Both the position numbers and the translations under genes were made by a program. Source: Candidatus Komeilibacteria bacterium CG_4_10_14_0_8_um_filter_37_78 (GTDB taxonomy: Bacteria > Patescibacteriota > Patescibacteriia > UBA1558). Taken from it: a DNA stretch of 41,155 bases. The notes beneath the pieces are model-generated. The model searched no databases, was not told the DNA's origin, and worked only from the letters and a program-made list of their open reading frames with translations. The DNA lies in NCBI GenBank assembly GCA_002785295.1, contig PFMC01000071.1, positions 1 through 41,155 of the forward strand, in the 5' to 3' direction. Below, one piece after another: positions 23,568 to 34,300 of the stretch (position 1 is the first letter of the stretch; every line of letters begins with the position of its first letter).

Positions 23568-24956
23568 CTAATCCTCACTCATGATGTCTTTGTTCAAATT
23601 GTGATTGTAGAGAATGACCAAAAGGCTTATTATTAGCCAAAAAACAAGACTTAAATCATTCTTAAAATAAGGGACGTCAACTAGTCCATGGATAATAATG
23701 ACGGAGAAAAAGCCTAATATTCCTAGGTTTAAATTACCAACAAATTTCTGCTTATATTTTGGTAGTTTTTTATTAATCTCTGATATTTGATAGAGCAGTA
23801 AGCCAATGATTACAAATAGCCAGATTATCGTTATTAAGCCTAATAAACCAAGCTCTGTCCAGAAGTTGAGCACTAGATTGTGAGGATAAAGAAATATTTC
23901 TACTGGTTGCCATTGGTCATTAATAGTAATACCTCTTTGGTGATAAGGTTCAATCGCTCTTTGGTAATTGGCAAGGCCGCCACCCATGATTGGCTGGTCG
24001 CTGAGCATAGTGATAGTCTCTGTCCATTGAGCTTGTCTGATTTGTCCTGAGAAATCATTAATGGTGATCTTTTGCCAGAGAGTTGTTTTGATTGAGGGGG
24101 TGGCCATAACAATGACAATAGCCAAAACCATAATAGCACCAGCTAAAATCCTAGTTTGTTTTTTTAATAAAAGAATAATAAAGACTGCAGCTGCTAAAGC
24201 AAAGAGCGCACCCTCATTGCCAGCCCAAATAATAGTCAGAACGCTTCCCAGAAAAGCAATGAATTTCAAAATTTTGAATAAGAAATGCTCTTTGAACCAT
24301 AAACTGGCAAAGAAGAGGGCGGCCAGTGGCGCTAGAAATAAACCATTGGCATTGGGATAGCCAAAAAAAGTTGTTATTCTTCTAGTCTCTGGTAAATACC
24401 AATCAAGATTTGTAATATTCCAACCAGTGAGTTTTTGAATGACAGTATAAACAAAAATGATGATGCTCAGTATTGCCAAGGCATTGATGATCTTCTGAAT
24501 GTGGTTGTATTTCCTGACATGATAGATCATGATCATGAAAAAAAGGATGGGCTCAATGAAGAAGGCCTTCCAAATACCAGCTGCTGCTTGTAGATTGGGT
24601 GACCAGCAAAGCGCAATGGTGGCAGTTGCTAGGATGGCCAGCACAGGCCAACGTAATTTATGAGGTACAATATTGTGAATAGAACCCTGTTCTGTTTCAG
24701 ATTTTGTAAATTTACTTTTAAGCCAAGCACTAATTGTTAGATTAAGCTCTTTGTCTAAATAAAGTTTAATCAGCCAAAAGATGAATAAAATCCAAATCAT
24801 TCCCTCTAAAAGGGTAAGAGGAATATTAAATACTTCAAAGCGGATTAAATAAGTTGGTAGCAATAAAGTAATAAGATAGATGCCACGCAATAAATCCTTC
24901 CAGATAAAAACCGAGAAGCAGAGATAGAATATTAAGATTAAAATAGGGGTTAACAT
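23568..24956 (-). CDS. O-antigen ligase family (Wzy_C) polytopic membrane protein
   Basis: 462 aa with about 11-12 TM helices and a large external loop. The motif YPHNLVLNFWTELGLLGL resembles the Wzy_C H-N...E-G signature. Confidence 0.7.
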   Translation of the reverse strand: MLTPILILIFYLCFSVFIWKDLLRGIYLITLLLPTYLIRFEVFNIPLTLLEGMIWILFIFWLIKLYLDKELNLTISAWLKSKFTKSETEQGSIHNIVPHKLRWPVLAILATATIALCWSPNLQAAAGIWKAFFIEPILFFMIMIYHVRKYNHIQKIINALAILSIIIFVYTVIQKLTGWNITNLDWYLPETRRITTFFGYPNANGLFLAPLAALFFASLWFKEHFLFKILKFIAFLGSVLTIIWAGNEGALFALAAAVFIILLLKKQTRILAGAIMVLAIVIVMATPSIKTTLWQKITINDFSGQIRQAQWTETITMLSDQPIMGGGLANYQRAIEPYHQRGITINDQWQPVEIFLYPHNLVLNFWTELGLLGLITIIWLFVIIGLLLYQISEINKKLPKYKQKFVGNLNLGILGFFSVIIIHGLVDVPYFKNDLSLVFWLIISLLVILYNHNLNKDIMSED

Positions 24957-26374
24957 TACCTTGGTGCTTTTAATTCTCTAAGTATTTCTTTGTTGATCCC
25001 TTTAAATAGATAAAGGAAGACAAGGTAGATAATTACTGCTAATATTAGCAAAATTATAACATGTAAAAAGAAGAATAAATAGATAAATAATCCCATTAAT
25101 AGGCTGGCTAAGAGAACTTTGAAGAAGATCTTCAGGTGTATACCAACCTTAGAGTATTTATAGCTAATAAGGTAGGCAAAGATCATGTAGAGGGCTTCAA
25201 CAAATAATGTAGCTCCAGCTGCGGCCCAGTATGAATATTTTGGAATTAGCCAGAAGTAAAGGATTAAAGAAATTCCAGCAGTAATAACATAGTAAGGAAT
25301 CATTTTCTTTTGTCGGTCAATAGCTAAGATGATATAACCAAAAAGGCTAGCAAAGAAAATAATAGCCGTCGCCCAGATCAGAATTTTTAAGACACCCCCA
25401 GAAGCTAAAAATTCTTCACCGGCAATCAAGACCATAATGCGATCAGCCAGCAACATCGTACCAACGATTAGAGGAATAGTAATGATCAAAAAGAAGTCAA
25501 AAACTTTTTGGTAAATTCTTTTAAACCGATCAATGTTTTTGGTGACATAAGCAGTGGTCAGAATTGGCAGGATCAAGCCAAGAAACATATGAGGGAAAGT
25601 ACCAATGATTTCTAACACTTTATAGGTTGCTCCATAAATACCAACATGACTCTCACTTTGGTAGATCGAAAGGATGACAGTATCTGCTTTAAAGTAGACT
25701 AAAGTTAAAAGAGAGGTTAAGGCAATTGGCCAGGCCCTGTGCCAAACCTTTTTCCAATAGACAAATTCAAAACCAAAGGAGAATTTAGTATAGCCTCTAG
25801 CTAAGAAAAAGATAATGCCAAAGTAAATAATGTTGAAAACTACATTACCCAAGATTACGAAGAGCAGTCCTTTATTGAAGACAACTACTAAGACAACTGT
25901 TACTAAAAAAGCCAATCGTCCTACTACTTCAGCACCAATGATGCGGTCCATATTAAGGTGTTTCTGAAATAAGGCCACCAAAACTTGAGCTAGGGTAAAG
26001 AGGAAAAATGAAGCGGACATTAAGATCACGCCTTGTTTCACAATAGCAGCGTAAGGAAAGGCCAAGACTACAATCGGAGCTAAAACAAAGAAGAACAAAG
26101 CAGATATTAGCTTGATCGTAAAGATATTACTGACAGCTTGTTTCTCATCTACCTGGGGGTCAGATATTTCTTGAATTAGCACTAAATATAGACCAAGATC
26201 AACTATCACAGCAAAGAACTGGACAAAGGCCAGGACAGTCGTGTATTGACCATAGCCAGCTTGTCCGAGGTGACGGGTAATCAAACCAACAATAACAACA
26301 CCAATAATAGTGCTGATGATCTTACCATTAAACTGGACAAAGGTATTGTAGGCTATTTTTTTGGTTAACGACAT
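24956..26374 (-). CDS. Wzx-type oligosaccharide/polysaccharide flippase (MOP superfamily)
   Basis: 472 aa with about 14 TM helices. The N-terminus (KIAYNTFVQFNGKIISTIIGVVIVGLITRHLGQAGYGQY) is typical of polysaccharide-biosynthesis flippases. A MurJ-like lipid II role cannot be excluded. Confidence 0.65.
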   Translation of the reverse strand: MSLTKKIAYNTFVQFNGKIISTIIGVVIVGLITRHLGQAGYGQYTTVLAFVQFFAVIVDLGLYLVLIQEISDPQVDEKQAVSNIFTIKLISALFFFVLAPIVVLAFPYAAIVKQGVILMSASFFLFTLAQVLVALFQKHLNMDRIIGAEVVGRLAFLVTVVLVVVFNKGLLFVILGNVVFNIIYFGIIFFLARGYTKFSFGFEFVYWKKVWHRAWPIALTSLLTLVYFKADTVILSIYQSESHVGIYGATYKVLEIIGTFPHMFLGLILPILTTAYVTKNIDRFKRIYQKVFDFFLIITIPLIVGTMLLADRIMVLIAGEEFLASGGVLKILIWATAIIFFASLFGYIILAIDRQKKMIPYYVITAGISLILYFWLIPKYSYWAAAGATLFVEALYMIFAYLISYKYSKVGIHLKIFFKVLLASLLMGLFIYLFFFLHVIILLILAVIIYLVFLYLFKGINKEILRELKAPR

Positions 26375-26416
26375 AAGTATTTTCCACCCGCCGGGTAGGG
26401 TTCGATTAGTTATTAT

Positions 26417-27442
26417 TTAATCGTTGGTGGATCTTTCTTCTTCTACTATTTTCCAGATTTCTTTTTTAATAGCATCCATCAATTTTTTATTTCTTCGAAG
26501 ATAGGCTCTGGCTGTTTCTCTGCCCATACCAAGCTTCTCTTCACCATAAGCATAGCTATTACCAGATTTCTTGATTACACCCTTTTCTACTCCCAAGTCT
26601 AGGAGATCACCGCCAATAGATATTCCTTCATTGTACATAATATCAAATTCACAATTCTGAAATGGTGGAGCAACTTTATTTTTTACTATCTTACATTTAA
26701 CTCTATTACCGATAAATTTTTCACCTTTCTTGATCTGTGCAGCTTTGCGAACCTCAATCCGGACAGAAGCATAAAACTTTAGAGCCATACCACCGGTGGT
26801 GGTTTCTGGATTCCCAAACATGATACCAACTTTCATTCTAGTTTGATTGATAAAAATCACGGCAGTATTAGTCTTTGAAACAATGCCAGATAGTTTACGT
26901 AGTGCTTGACTCATTAGTCTGGCTTGTAGGGCTATATGTCTGTCTCCCATCTCACCTTCAATTTCAGCTTTTGGTACCAAGGCCGCAACAGAGTCGATCA
27001 CGACAATATCAATGCCATTTGATCTGACTAGGGTTTCAACAATTTCCAAAGCCTGTTCGCCAGTATCTGGTTGGGAGATAAGCAATTCGTCTACATTGAC
27101 TCCAATCTTTTTAGCATATTCTGGATCAAGTGCGTGTTCAGCATCAACAAAGGCGGCTGTACCACCTAGTTTTTGCACTTCAGCGATGATGTGTTGAGCG
27201 AGAGTTGTTTTGCCAGAAGCTTCTGGTCCATAGATCTCGATAATACGACCACGTGGAACACCGCCAATACCTAAGGAGATGTCCAAAGATAAACAGCCAG
27301 TTGAGATAGCATCAATAGCAACTATTTTGGCTTCACCAAAACGCATGATTGCGCCTTCACCAAAACGTTCTTTGATTTGGTCAATTGCTGCATTAGTAGC
27401 TGTTTGTTTTTGATTTCCCTCCGTAGTTGGATTTTTTGTCAT
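26417..27442 (-). CDS. recA: Recombinase RecA
   Basis: [11 protein letters not shown] Walker [11 protein letters not shown]1/L2 loop regions; 341 aa. Confidence 0.97.
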   Translation of the reverse strand: MTKNPTTEGNQKQTATNAAIDQIKERFGEGAIMRFGEAKIVAIDAISTGCLSLDISLGIGGVPRGRIIEIYGPEASGKTTLAQHIIAEVQKLGGTAAFVDAEHALDPEYAKKIGVNVDELLISQPDTGEQALEIVETLVRSNGIDIVVIDSVAALVPKAEIEGEMGDRHIALQARLMSQALRKLSGIVSKTNTAVIFINQTRMKVGIMFGNPETTTGGMALKFYASVRIEVRKAAQIKKGEKFIGNRVKCKIVKNKVAPPFQNCEFDIMYNEGISIGGDLLDLGVEKGVIKKSGNSYAYGEEKLGMGRETARAYLRRNKKLMDAIKKEIWKIVEEERSTND

Positions 27443-27453
27443 TTTATTATGGA

Positions 27454-28188
27454 TTAATTGTTAGGCGACCCTAACGACCCTATTGTATATGAGATTGTAG
27501 CACTATTAATATCAGCTTGTACAGTGTGCCGGAAAATATTGATTATTTGTTTATTGGCTCGACCGTGCTTCTTGGTAGCAACGATTTCTAAAGTATTGAT
27601 ACCGGGCGATAAATAGATTTCTTTGCTAAAGACGCCGTTTTGATCAGCCAAGATAATTTCATTATTGATCGTGATTTCTATTTCAATATCTGTTTGGCCC
27701 TCAATACTTACTACTCCCTCTTCGGTGATCAAATTGTTGGTTGGGTTATTGATCACTAGCATCGGGGGCTGCAAAATATTGCGTATTTCCATACCAAGGT
27801 AAGAAGCAAAGGCAATGGTGATGATTGCTAGTCCAACAATTTTGATAGTTTTAGGAGTTAACCAAAAGAGCCAATGCTTTTTTTCTTGATTATATTTTTT
27901 AAAATCTAGAAATTGCATTTGTACTCCTTTTTCTCGTTCATACTCTTTGATCAACCAGCGAGTATCCAAATTTAAATACTGGCCATAGGCCTTGAGCCAT
28001 TGACGGGCATAAATGTCACCAGGAATTTTTTCATAAGCACCATCTTCAAGGGCTGCCAAATAATGTTCCTGGATTTTTATTTTTCTGGCAATGTCGATCA
28101 ATTCATCTTCTTTATCAAAGCGAGCATTGCGCAGTGTTTCTGGCACTGTCTGATGAGAAACTATTTTTTTAGTAATAAAGGAGTTCAT
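27454..28188 (-). CDS. RodZ-like helix-turn-helix membrane protein
   Basis: N-terminal HTH region ([35 protein letters not shown]...[17 protein letters not shown]), a single TM, and a beta-rich C-terminal domain. Confidence 0.6.
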   Translation of the reverse strand: MNSFITKKIVSHQTVPETLRNARFDKEDELIDIARKIKIQEHYLAALEDGAYEKIPGDIYARQWLKAYGQYLNLDTRWLIKEYEREKGVQMQFLDFKKYNQEKKHWLFWLTPKTIKIVGLAIITIAFASYLGMEIRNILQPPMLVINNPTNNLITEEGVVSIEGQTDIEIEITINNEIILADQNGVFSKEIYLSPGINTLEIVATKKHGRANKQIINIFRHTVQADINSATISYTIGSLGSPNN

Positions 28189-28190
28189 AT

Positions 28191-30443
28191 TTAATCTTCT
28201 TCTTCGTCATCTTCGTTTTCGTCTTCTATTTCTGTTTCTGTTTCATTGTTATTGTTTTGTTCATTTACTATTTCTTCGTCTACCCAACCATCATCATATT
28301 CTCGCATATCAAGATTTTCTTCTAAATCATCTTGTCGTAGCAATATTTCTCGTGGTTTCGCGCCGTCAGATGGCCCAATGATACCACGTTCCTCCAATAA
28401 GTCTAATAGTCTAGCTGCTCTAGCATAGCCAACGCGCAACCTTCTTTGCAAGAGCGAGGCGGATGCTTTACCAGCCTTAAGGACAACATCTTGAGCATCG
28501 GGTAATAATTCATCATCATCGTCATCAATTAAGGCAGAGCCAGGAACATTGACCCCTTTTTGTCTTTCTACTATTTCATCTTTATAGTCTGGGTCATCTT
28601 GTTCGCGCCAAAAATCTGTTACTCTCTTAATTTCTTTTTCGGAAACAAAAGCGCCTTGCAAACGCCGTGGCTTGGTAAATTCAGGAGAGATAAATAACAT
28701 ATCACCATTACCTAATAGTTTTTCAGCGCCACCACTATCGAGAATTGTCCGAGAATCAATTTGTGAGGCGACTTTGAAGGCAAGACGGTTGGTAATATTA
28801 GCTTTGATCAAGCCGGTAATAACATTGGTTGAAGGTCTCTGGGTGGCAATCACCAAGTGAATACCACTCGCACGAGCCATTTGGGCTAGTCGGATAATAG
28901 CGGCCTCTACTTCACGGGCAGCAACAGCCATCAAGTCAGCTAATTCATCAATCACGATTACGATATATGGTAGACGGTTGACTAGAACGCTTTGGTTATA
29001 GCCAGCAATGTCTTTTTTATTAACGCTTTGTAAAAGTTTATAGCGTTCATCCATTTCATTGACAGCCCAGCGTAAAGCATTAATCGTCTTTGGTACTTCA
29101 GTAATAACCGGCGTCAATAAATGTGGAATATTATTATAAATTGAAAGCTCTATTCGTTTTGGATCCACCATGATAAATCTTAATTCATCAGGATTGTTAC
29201 GGTAAAGCAAGCTAATAATGAAGTTATTAATACAGACACTTTTACCGGAGTTAGTAGAACCAGCAATCAAACAATGGGGCATCTTAGCAATATTGGTGGT
29301 GTGACATTGACCAGAAACATCTTTACCAAGGGCAGTCACCAGATTGCCTTGATTGGATTTAAAAGATTCAGATTCGAGCACTTCTCTTAGTTTAACCACA
29401 GCTATTTTTTTGTTTGGCACTTCAATGCCCACCAATGATCTGCCTGGAATTGGTGCTTCAATACGGATGGGGTGGGCAGCTAGAGCCAGGGCCAAATCAT
29501 TACTAAGGTTGGTAATCTGGGAAAGCTTTACTCCTTCTGAAGGTTTCATAGTAAATTGTGTGACGGTCGGTCCGACATTGACTTCATCCATAGTCACTTC
29601 AATATTGAAATTATCAAAAGTACGACGAATAATTTCAGCATTGGACTCAATGTCGATACTGGTTGGTTTGGTGCTGTTGGCATCCAATAAGTCAAGTGGA
29701 ACAACAACCTTTGGTAAGTGTCTGGCAACATTTATTTGTAGAGCGCCCTTTTCAGGCGTTTTGATTGGTGGTTTACTTTCTTGTTCGTCGTCATTTTCAA
29801 CTTCTGTATCGTCTTCTATCTGCTCCTCGTCATCCTCTTCTTCTACCCCTTCGTCATAATCTTCTTCATAGTCATTGTTTTTATTAAAAGACCAACTCTT
29901 AAAGCGCCACCAAATCAATTTGAAAATATTGATCTTATTGCCCAGTTCATCTAGAGAAATATTGAAAGAAATTAAAATAGCAATGATCAATAGACCAAGT
30001 AAGATCACAAGCGAGGCTAAGCTACCCATCAGGCCTTGTAAGGGGTGGGCAACTGCGAAGCCAAGATAACCACCGCCTTTGTCGGCGACAAAAGTATTGA
30101 GGGTATTAGAAAAATTATGAATAATTTCCAAGATCCCAGTGCTACTCAAAACCACAAAAATAAGCCCGATATAGTTACTAGGCTTTAATAGATATTTGTC
30201 AGGATTGATCAAGATATAGCCCCAAATTAGCAATAGGACGGCTACTAGCCAGCGACCCCAACCAAAGATAATTCCCAAGAAAGCTTTGACGTAGAGACCA
30301 AAATTGCCAGCTAAATCCAGCATCGATAAGAGGGATAAAAGGGCGATCAGAAAAATAATGATAATAAAAATCCCCTTTTTTGTTTCTGGAGATAGAATTT
30401 CAGATCGTCGATAATGTCTTTTTTTCTTTTTATTACTGGCCAT
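28191..30443 (-). CDS. ftsK: DNA translocase FtsK/SpoIIIE
   Basis: 750 aa. Has N-terminal TM helices, an acidic linker, the motor domain with GSTNSGKS Walker A and VIVIDELADLM Walker B, and a gamma winged-helix domain (LLQRRLRVGYARAARLLD). Confidence 0.95.
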   Translation of the reverse strand: MASNKKKKRHYRRSEILSPETKKGIFIIIIFLIALLSLLSMLDLAGNFGLYVKAFLGIIFGWGRWLVAVLLLIWGYILINPDKYLLKPSNYIGLIFVVLSSTGILEIIHNFSNTLNTFVADKGGGYLGFAVAHPLQGLMGSLASLVILLGLLIIAILISFNISLDELGNKINIFKLIWWRFKSWSFNKNNDYEEDYDEGVEEEDDEEQIEDDTEVENDDEQESKPPIKTPEKGALQINVARHLPKVVVPLDLLDANSTKPTSIDIESNAEIIRRTFDNFNIEVTMDEVNVGPTVTQFTMKPSEGVKLSQITNLSNDLALALAAHPIRIEAPIPGRSLVGIEVPNKKIAVVKLREVLESESFKSNQGNLVTALGKDVSGQCHTTNIAKMPHCLIAGSTNSGKSVCINNFIISLLYRNNPDELRFIMVDPKRIELSIYNNIPHLLTPVITEVPKTINALRWAVNEMDERYKLLQSVNKKDIAGYNQSVLVNRLPYIVIVIDELADLMAVAAREVEAAIIRLAQMARASGIHLVIATQRPSTNVITGLIKANITNRLAFKVASQIDSRTILDSGGAEKLLGNGDMLFISPEFTKPRRLQGAFVSEKEIKRVTDFWREQDDPDYKDEIVERQKGVNVPGSALIDDDDDELLPDAQDVVLKAGKASASLLQRRLRVGYARAARLLDLLEERGIIGPSDGAKPREILLRQDDLEENLDMREYDDGWVDEEIVNEQNNNNETETEIEDENEDDEEED

Positions 30444-30526
30444 GGATACGTTAATTTAGTATTGAAAAGCTACTATATTTTAGCATTTTTTAAAGCTTTT
30501 AACAATAAAAGAAATTGTTCAAATAT

Positions 30527-30570
30527 AAAAACCCCACAAGACCATTTTGGCTTGTGGGGTTTATTTCTTT
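30527..30570. terminator. Bidirectional terminator downstream of the Ala-repeat gene
   Basis: Perfect 10-bp stem accccacaag/cttgtggggt with a 10-nt loop, flanked by A- and T-runs. Confidence 0.7.
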
Positions 30571-31188
30571 TTAAATGTACATAGCAATAATCGCTGCTAT
30601 GTAAAATAACACTGAAAATAATATATGTATTTTCCTTTCCTTTTTAACTTCGTCTACGGCTGCGTCTGCGACTACGGCTGCGGCTACGGCTACGGCTACG
30701 GCTGCGGCTGCAAATACGAATGCGGCTGCGGCTGCGGCTGCAAATACGAATGCGTCTGCGGCTGCAAATACGAATGCGACACTATTACTACCATATCGCC
30801 AAAACAGTATATTAGATGTCATCATAAGGACTATTGCCACTAAAAGAAGAACAATATAAACAGCAATGGTTTTCTCTCCCTCTATAACAGTAGTTATGGG
30901 GATGGTAAATATTTGATGAGCTTTTTCATCATAAATTATTACCCCATTATACTGTGTTATAGGCATGATGTAAAAGAAACTCACTCGTTTAGATGGCATG
31001 GTTTTACCATCTATGAAAATTTCCTTTCCAGGATTTTCCATTGCTTCTATTTCTTCACTGGTTAGGTCACGCGATGATACTTCAATCTCGTGAAGATAAC
31101 CATTTTCGTCTATTTGTGTCTTTTTTCCATTGGCAAAAGAACACATTAAGACAATTATACTTAGGAATGCCGTTATTGCTATTTTCAT
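30571..31188 (-). CDS. Hypothetical secreted/membrane protein with a poly-Ala AFVFAA repeat segment
   Basis: 205 aa. Signal peptide (MKIAITAFLSIIVLMCSFANG), an extracytoplasmic domain of about 100 aa, then hydrophobic helices including AFVFAAADAFVFAAAAAAAFVFAAAAVAVAVAAAVVADAAVDE. I recognise no homolog. Confidence 0.6.
   Translation of the reverse strand: MKIAITAFLSIIVLMCSFANGKKTQIDENGYLHEIEVSSRDLTSEEIEAMENPGKEIFIDGKTMPSKRVSFFYIMPITQYNGVIIYDEKAHQIFTIPITTVIEGEKTIAVYIVLLLVAIVLMMTSNILFWRYGSNSVAFVFAAADAFVFAAAAAAAFVFAAAAVAVAVAAAVVADAAVDEVKKERKIHILFSVLFYIAAIIAMYI
30651..30779. repeat. GC-rich in-frame tandem repeat (GGCTRC hexamers plus three copies of a 20-mer)
   Basis: gcggctgcaaatacgaatgc occurs at 30704-30723, 30734-30753 and 30758-30777, giving spacings of 30 and 24 nt, both multiples of 3. 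These are preceded by a run of ggctac/ggctgc hexamers. The base composition contrasts strongly with the flanking AT-rich DNA. Confidence 0.9.
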
Positions 31189-31232
31189 GTTTACCCTTTC
31201 TTTTTGAAATTTTAAGGTTCATTCAATATTGC

Positions 31233-31261
31233 ATTATATACTATATTTACAATTTTGTCAA
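31233..31261 (-). promoter_or_regulatory. Consensus sigma70 promoter TTGACA-17-TATAAT for the Ala-repeat gene
   Basis: The minus strand reads TTGACAaaattgtaaatatagtaTATAAT. It lies about 45 nt upstream of the ATG, with a purine-rich aagaaagggt just before the start. This is the only gene here with a clear SD-like element. Confidence 0.6.
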
Positions 31262-31299
31262 GGTTTAAAATCAAACAGCAGTTTGTACTATTTGCTACC

Positions 31300-31331
31300 T
31301 AAAAAGCCCAGCTTGAAAGGCGGGGCTTTTT
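31300..31331 (-). terminator. rpoC terminator
   Basis: aaaaAGCCCaGCttgaaagGCgGGGCTttttt: an 8-bp stem with one mismatch, flanked by A- and T-runs, 22 nt after the rpoC stop. Confidence 0.6.
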
Positions 31332-31352
31332 ATAAACTTGTGATACAAAGCA

Positions 31353-34300
31353 TTATTCTTTGTCTTTGAAGCCAGTACCGGCTGGTATTAGACGACCAAT
31401 AATGACATTTTCTTTTAATCCTTTGAGGTTATCAACCTTGCCAGTGATCGAAGCATCAATCAGTACTCTAGCAGTTTCTTGGAAAGACGCAGCTGAAAGC
31501 CAACTATCAGTTGAGAGAGAAGCTTTGGTAATACCTAGTAAAATGGTTTCACCAGTGGCTTCTTTTTTCTTATCATTTTTAGCTTGTAGATTAGCCTCCC
31601 AAAATTGAGAAGTAGTAATAATATCTCCGGGTAAAAGATTGGTGTCACCAGCATCTTTAACATAAACACGAGAGAACATCTGTCTAATGATTGCTTCTAA
31701 GTGTTTCATATTAATCTTTTGACCTTGTGATGAATAAATATACATTATTTCTTTAATGATATATTTTTCAGTAGCGCGACGGCCTTTTAAGCGAAATAGT
31801 TCTTGTAGATCAATACTACCTTCTGTCAGAGGATCACCAGCTTTTAGTTTGTCACCATTTTTTGCCCAGAGACTAAAGCCTGGTGGGATCATTATTTCTT
31901 TGACCGCATAGGCATCTTCATAGATTTCAAGATTGAATTTGGTAAAGCGAATGAGGCCTTCGTTTTTAGATACGATAGTACGAGTGCCATTGCGGTGTTT
32001 CATCAATGGATCACCTTCTTTGACCTTAGCACCATCTTTAATCAAGACATCATAGTCTTCATGTATTTCATGAGACTCTAGAGTCATGCCATGATATTTG
32101 AATTTGACAATTCTTTCTTTTCGAATGCTGAGACTAGCATCTTCATCAATGATCACTTCACCATCTTGTTCCACAATGATTGCTTTACGTTTTGGTGAAC
32201 GTGCTTCGAAGAGCTCTTCTACTCTAGGTAAACCTTGAGTAATATCGCCAGTAGCAGCTACACCACCAGTGTGGAAAGTTCTCATTGTTAGCTGTGTGCC
32301 AGGCTCACCAATACTTTGGGCAGCAATAATACCAACAGCCACACCCTTTTCTGTTGGTTGGTTAAAGGCTAAATCCCAACCATAACATTTTTGACAAATA
32401 CCACGAATGGTTCGACAAGTCATATTAGAGCGGATCCCTATGTCAGTAATATTGTTTTTGGTAATGGCAGCCATTTCTTCACGACCAATGATATTGCCGG
32501 CTTTGACTATCACCTCACCAGTTTTTGGATCTTTGATAGTATTTAGCGCTGTTCGTCCTAAGGTTAATTTTTCTAAAGTTTCGCCAATATCTTCTACGTC
32601 TTGAGGGGTGATGATAAAACCATCTTTGTCGCCACAGTCTTTTTCAGTGATAATCAAATCTTGAGAAACATCAACTAAACGACGAGTAAGATAACCAGCG
32701 CTAGCAGTACGTAAAGCGGTATCAGCTAAACCTTTTCTAGCACCATGAGTAGAAATGAAATATTCAAGCACATCAAGACCTTCTTTAAAGTTTGCTTTGA
32801 TTGGTAATTCGATCACTTCACCAACGGGGTTGACCACTGAACCTCTCATACCCATGATTTGAATCAATTGAGCCCAAGAACCACGTGCTCCAGAGTCAAT
32901 GATTGAGAATAGATGAGAGCCAGAGTCAAATGATCTTTTACTAACAGCCTCAATGGAAGATTTAATTTTGTTCCAGTTTTCAATAACTTTTACATATCTT
33001 TCACGGTTGGTTAAAAGTCCATCATTGTACTGTTGTTGTATTTCTGCAACTTGAGCTTCACCTTCAGCGATTAAAGCATTCTTTTCTGGAACATCAGGAA
33101 TATCAGAAATACCCCAAGATGAACCAGAGCGTGTAATATAGCGATAGGTCAAGTCTTTGAGATCATCTAATAAGATGATAGTTTTTTCTCTACCAGCTTT
33201 AACAAAAGAATGACTAATGATATTTCTCAAATCACTAGATTTAAGTGTTTGATTAATATAGTCTAGCTCTTCTGGTAGGATAGAGTTGAAAATCAAACGA
33301 CCAACAGTTGTTTCGATCAACTCATCTTTAATTTTGATCTTAATTGTTTCATGGAGTGTGATATTTTCAAGGTCATAGGCCATCTTCGCTTCATTATAGT
33401 CAGAGAAAGCCTTTACTTTATCACCCTTGGCACCACTAGTATAAGTCAGATAATAACCGCCCCAAACAATATCTTGGTCAGGAGAGGTGATTGGATCACC
33501 AGTGGCAGGTTTTAGTAGATTATTAATAGAAAACATTTTATCTTTTGCTTCTTGGTTTGCTTCTTTGGTGAGCGGCACATGAACAGCCATTTGGTCACCA
33601 TCAAAGTCAGCATTAAAAGCTTTACAAACCATGGGATGGATTTGAATGGCTTTACCCTCGATCAATTTTGGTCGGAAAGCTTGAATACCAAGACGATGCA
33701 AGGTAGGGGCGCGATTCAACATCACAAAAGCGTCTCTGGTCACCTCTTCCAAGATGTCCCAAACTTCAGCATGATCTTGTTCAATATAGCGGTTGGCTGA
33801 ACGGACATTGTGGACCAACTCCCTTTTGATTAACTGGGAAATAACAAATGGTTTGAATAATTCCAAAGCCATAATTTTTGGTATACCACATTCGCTGAGT
33901 TTCAGTTTTGGACCAGCAACAATGACAGAACGACCAGAATAGTCAATTCTTTTACCCAGTAAGTTTTGACGGAAACGACCTTGTTTACCTTTTAGAATAT
34001 CAGCAATACTTTTAAGGGTTCTTTTTTGACCCGTAGAAGCAGTAACTGTTTTTGAACGTCTGGCATTATTATCAATCAAAGCGTCAATTGCTTCTTGTAA
34101 CATTCTTTTTTCATTTCTTTGAATAACTTCAGGCGCATTTAATTCTTTCAGTCTTTTTAGACGATTGTTACGGTTGATCACCCGGCGATAAAGATCATTT
34201 AGATCTGAGGTTGCAAAACGACCACCATCAAGTGGTACCATTGGACGAAGATCTGGCGGGATCACAGGGACAGCAGTAAGGACCATCCATTCTGGACGGA

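Noticed and set aside
30625-30843. Plus-strand 72-aa Cys/Gly/Tyr-rich ORF (CGYGYGYGCGCKYEC...) across the GC-rich repeat
   Set aside because: It exists only over the repeat itself. It has no signal sequence or promoter. The opposite strand carries a 205-aa ORF with a signal peptide, a consensus promoter, an RBS and a terminator. Most likely a repeat-generated mirror frame.
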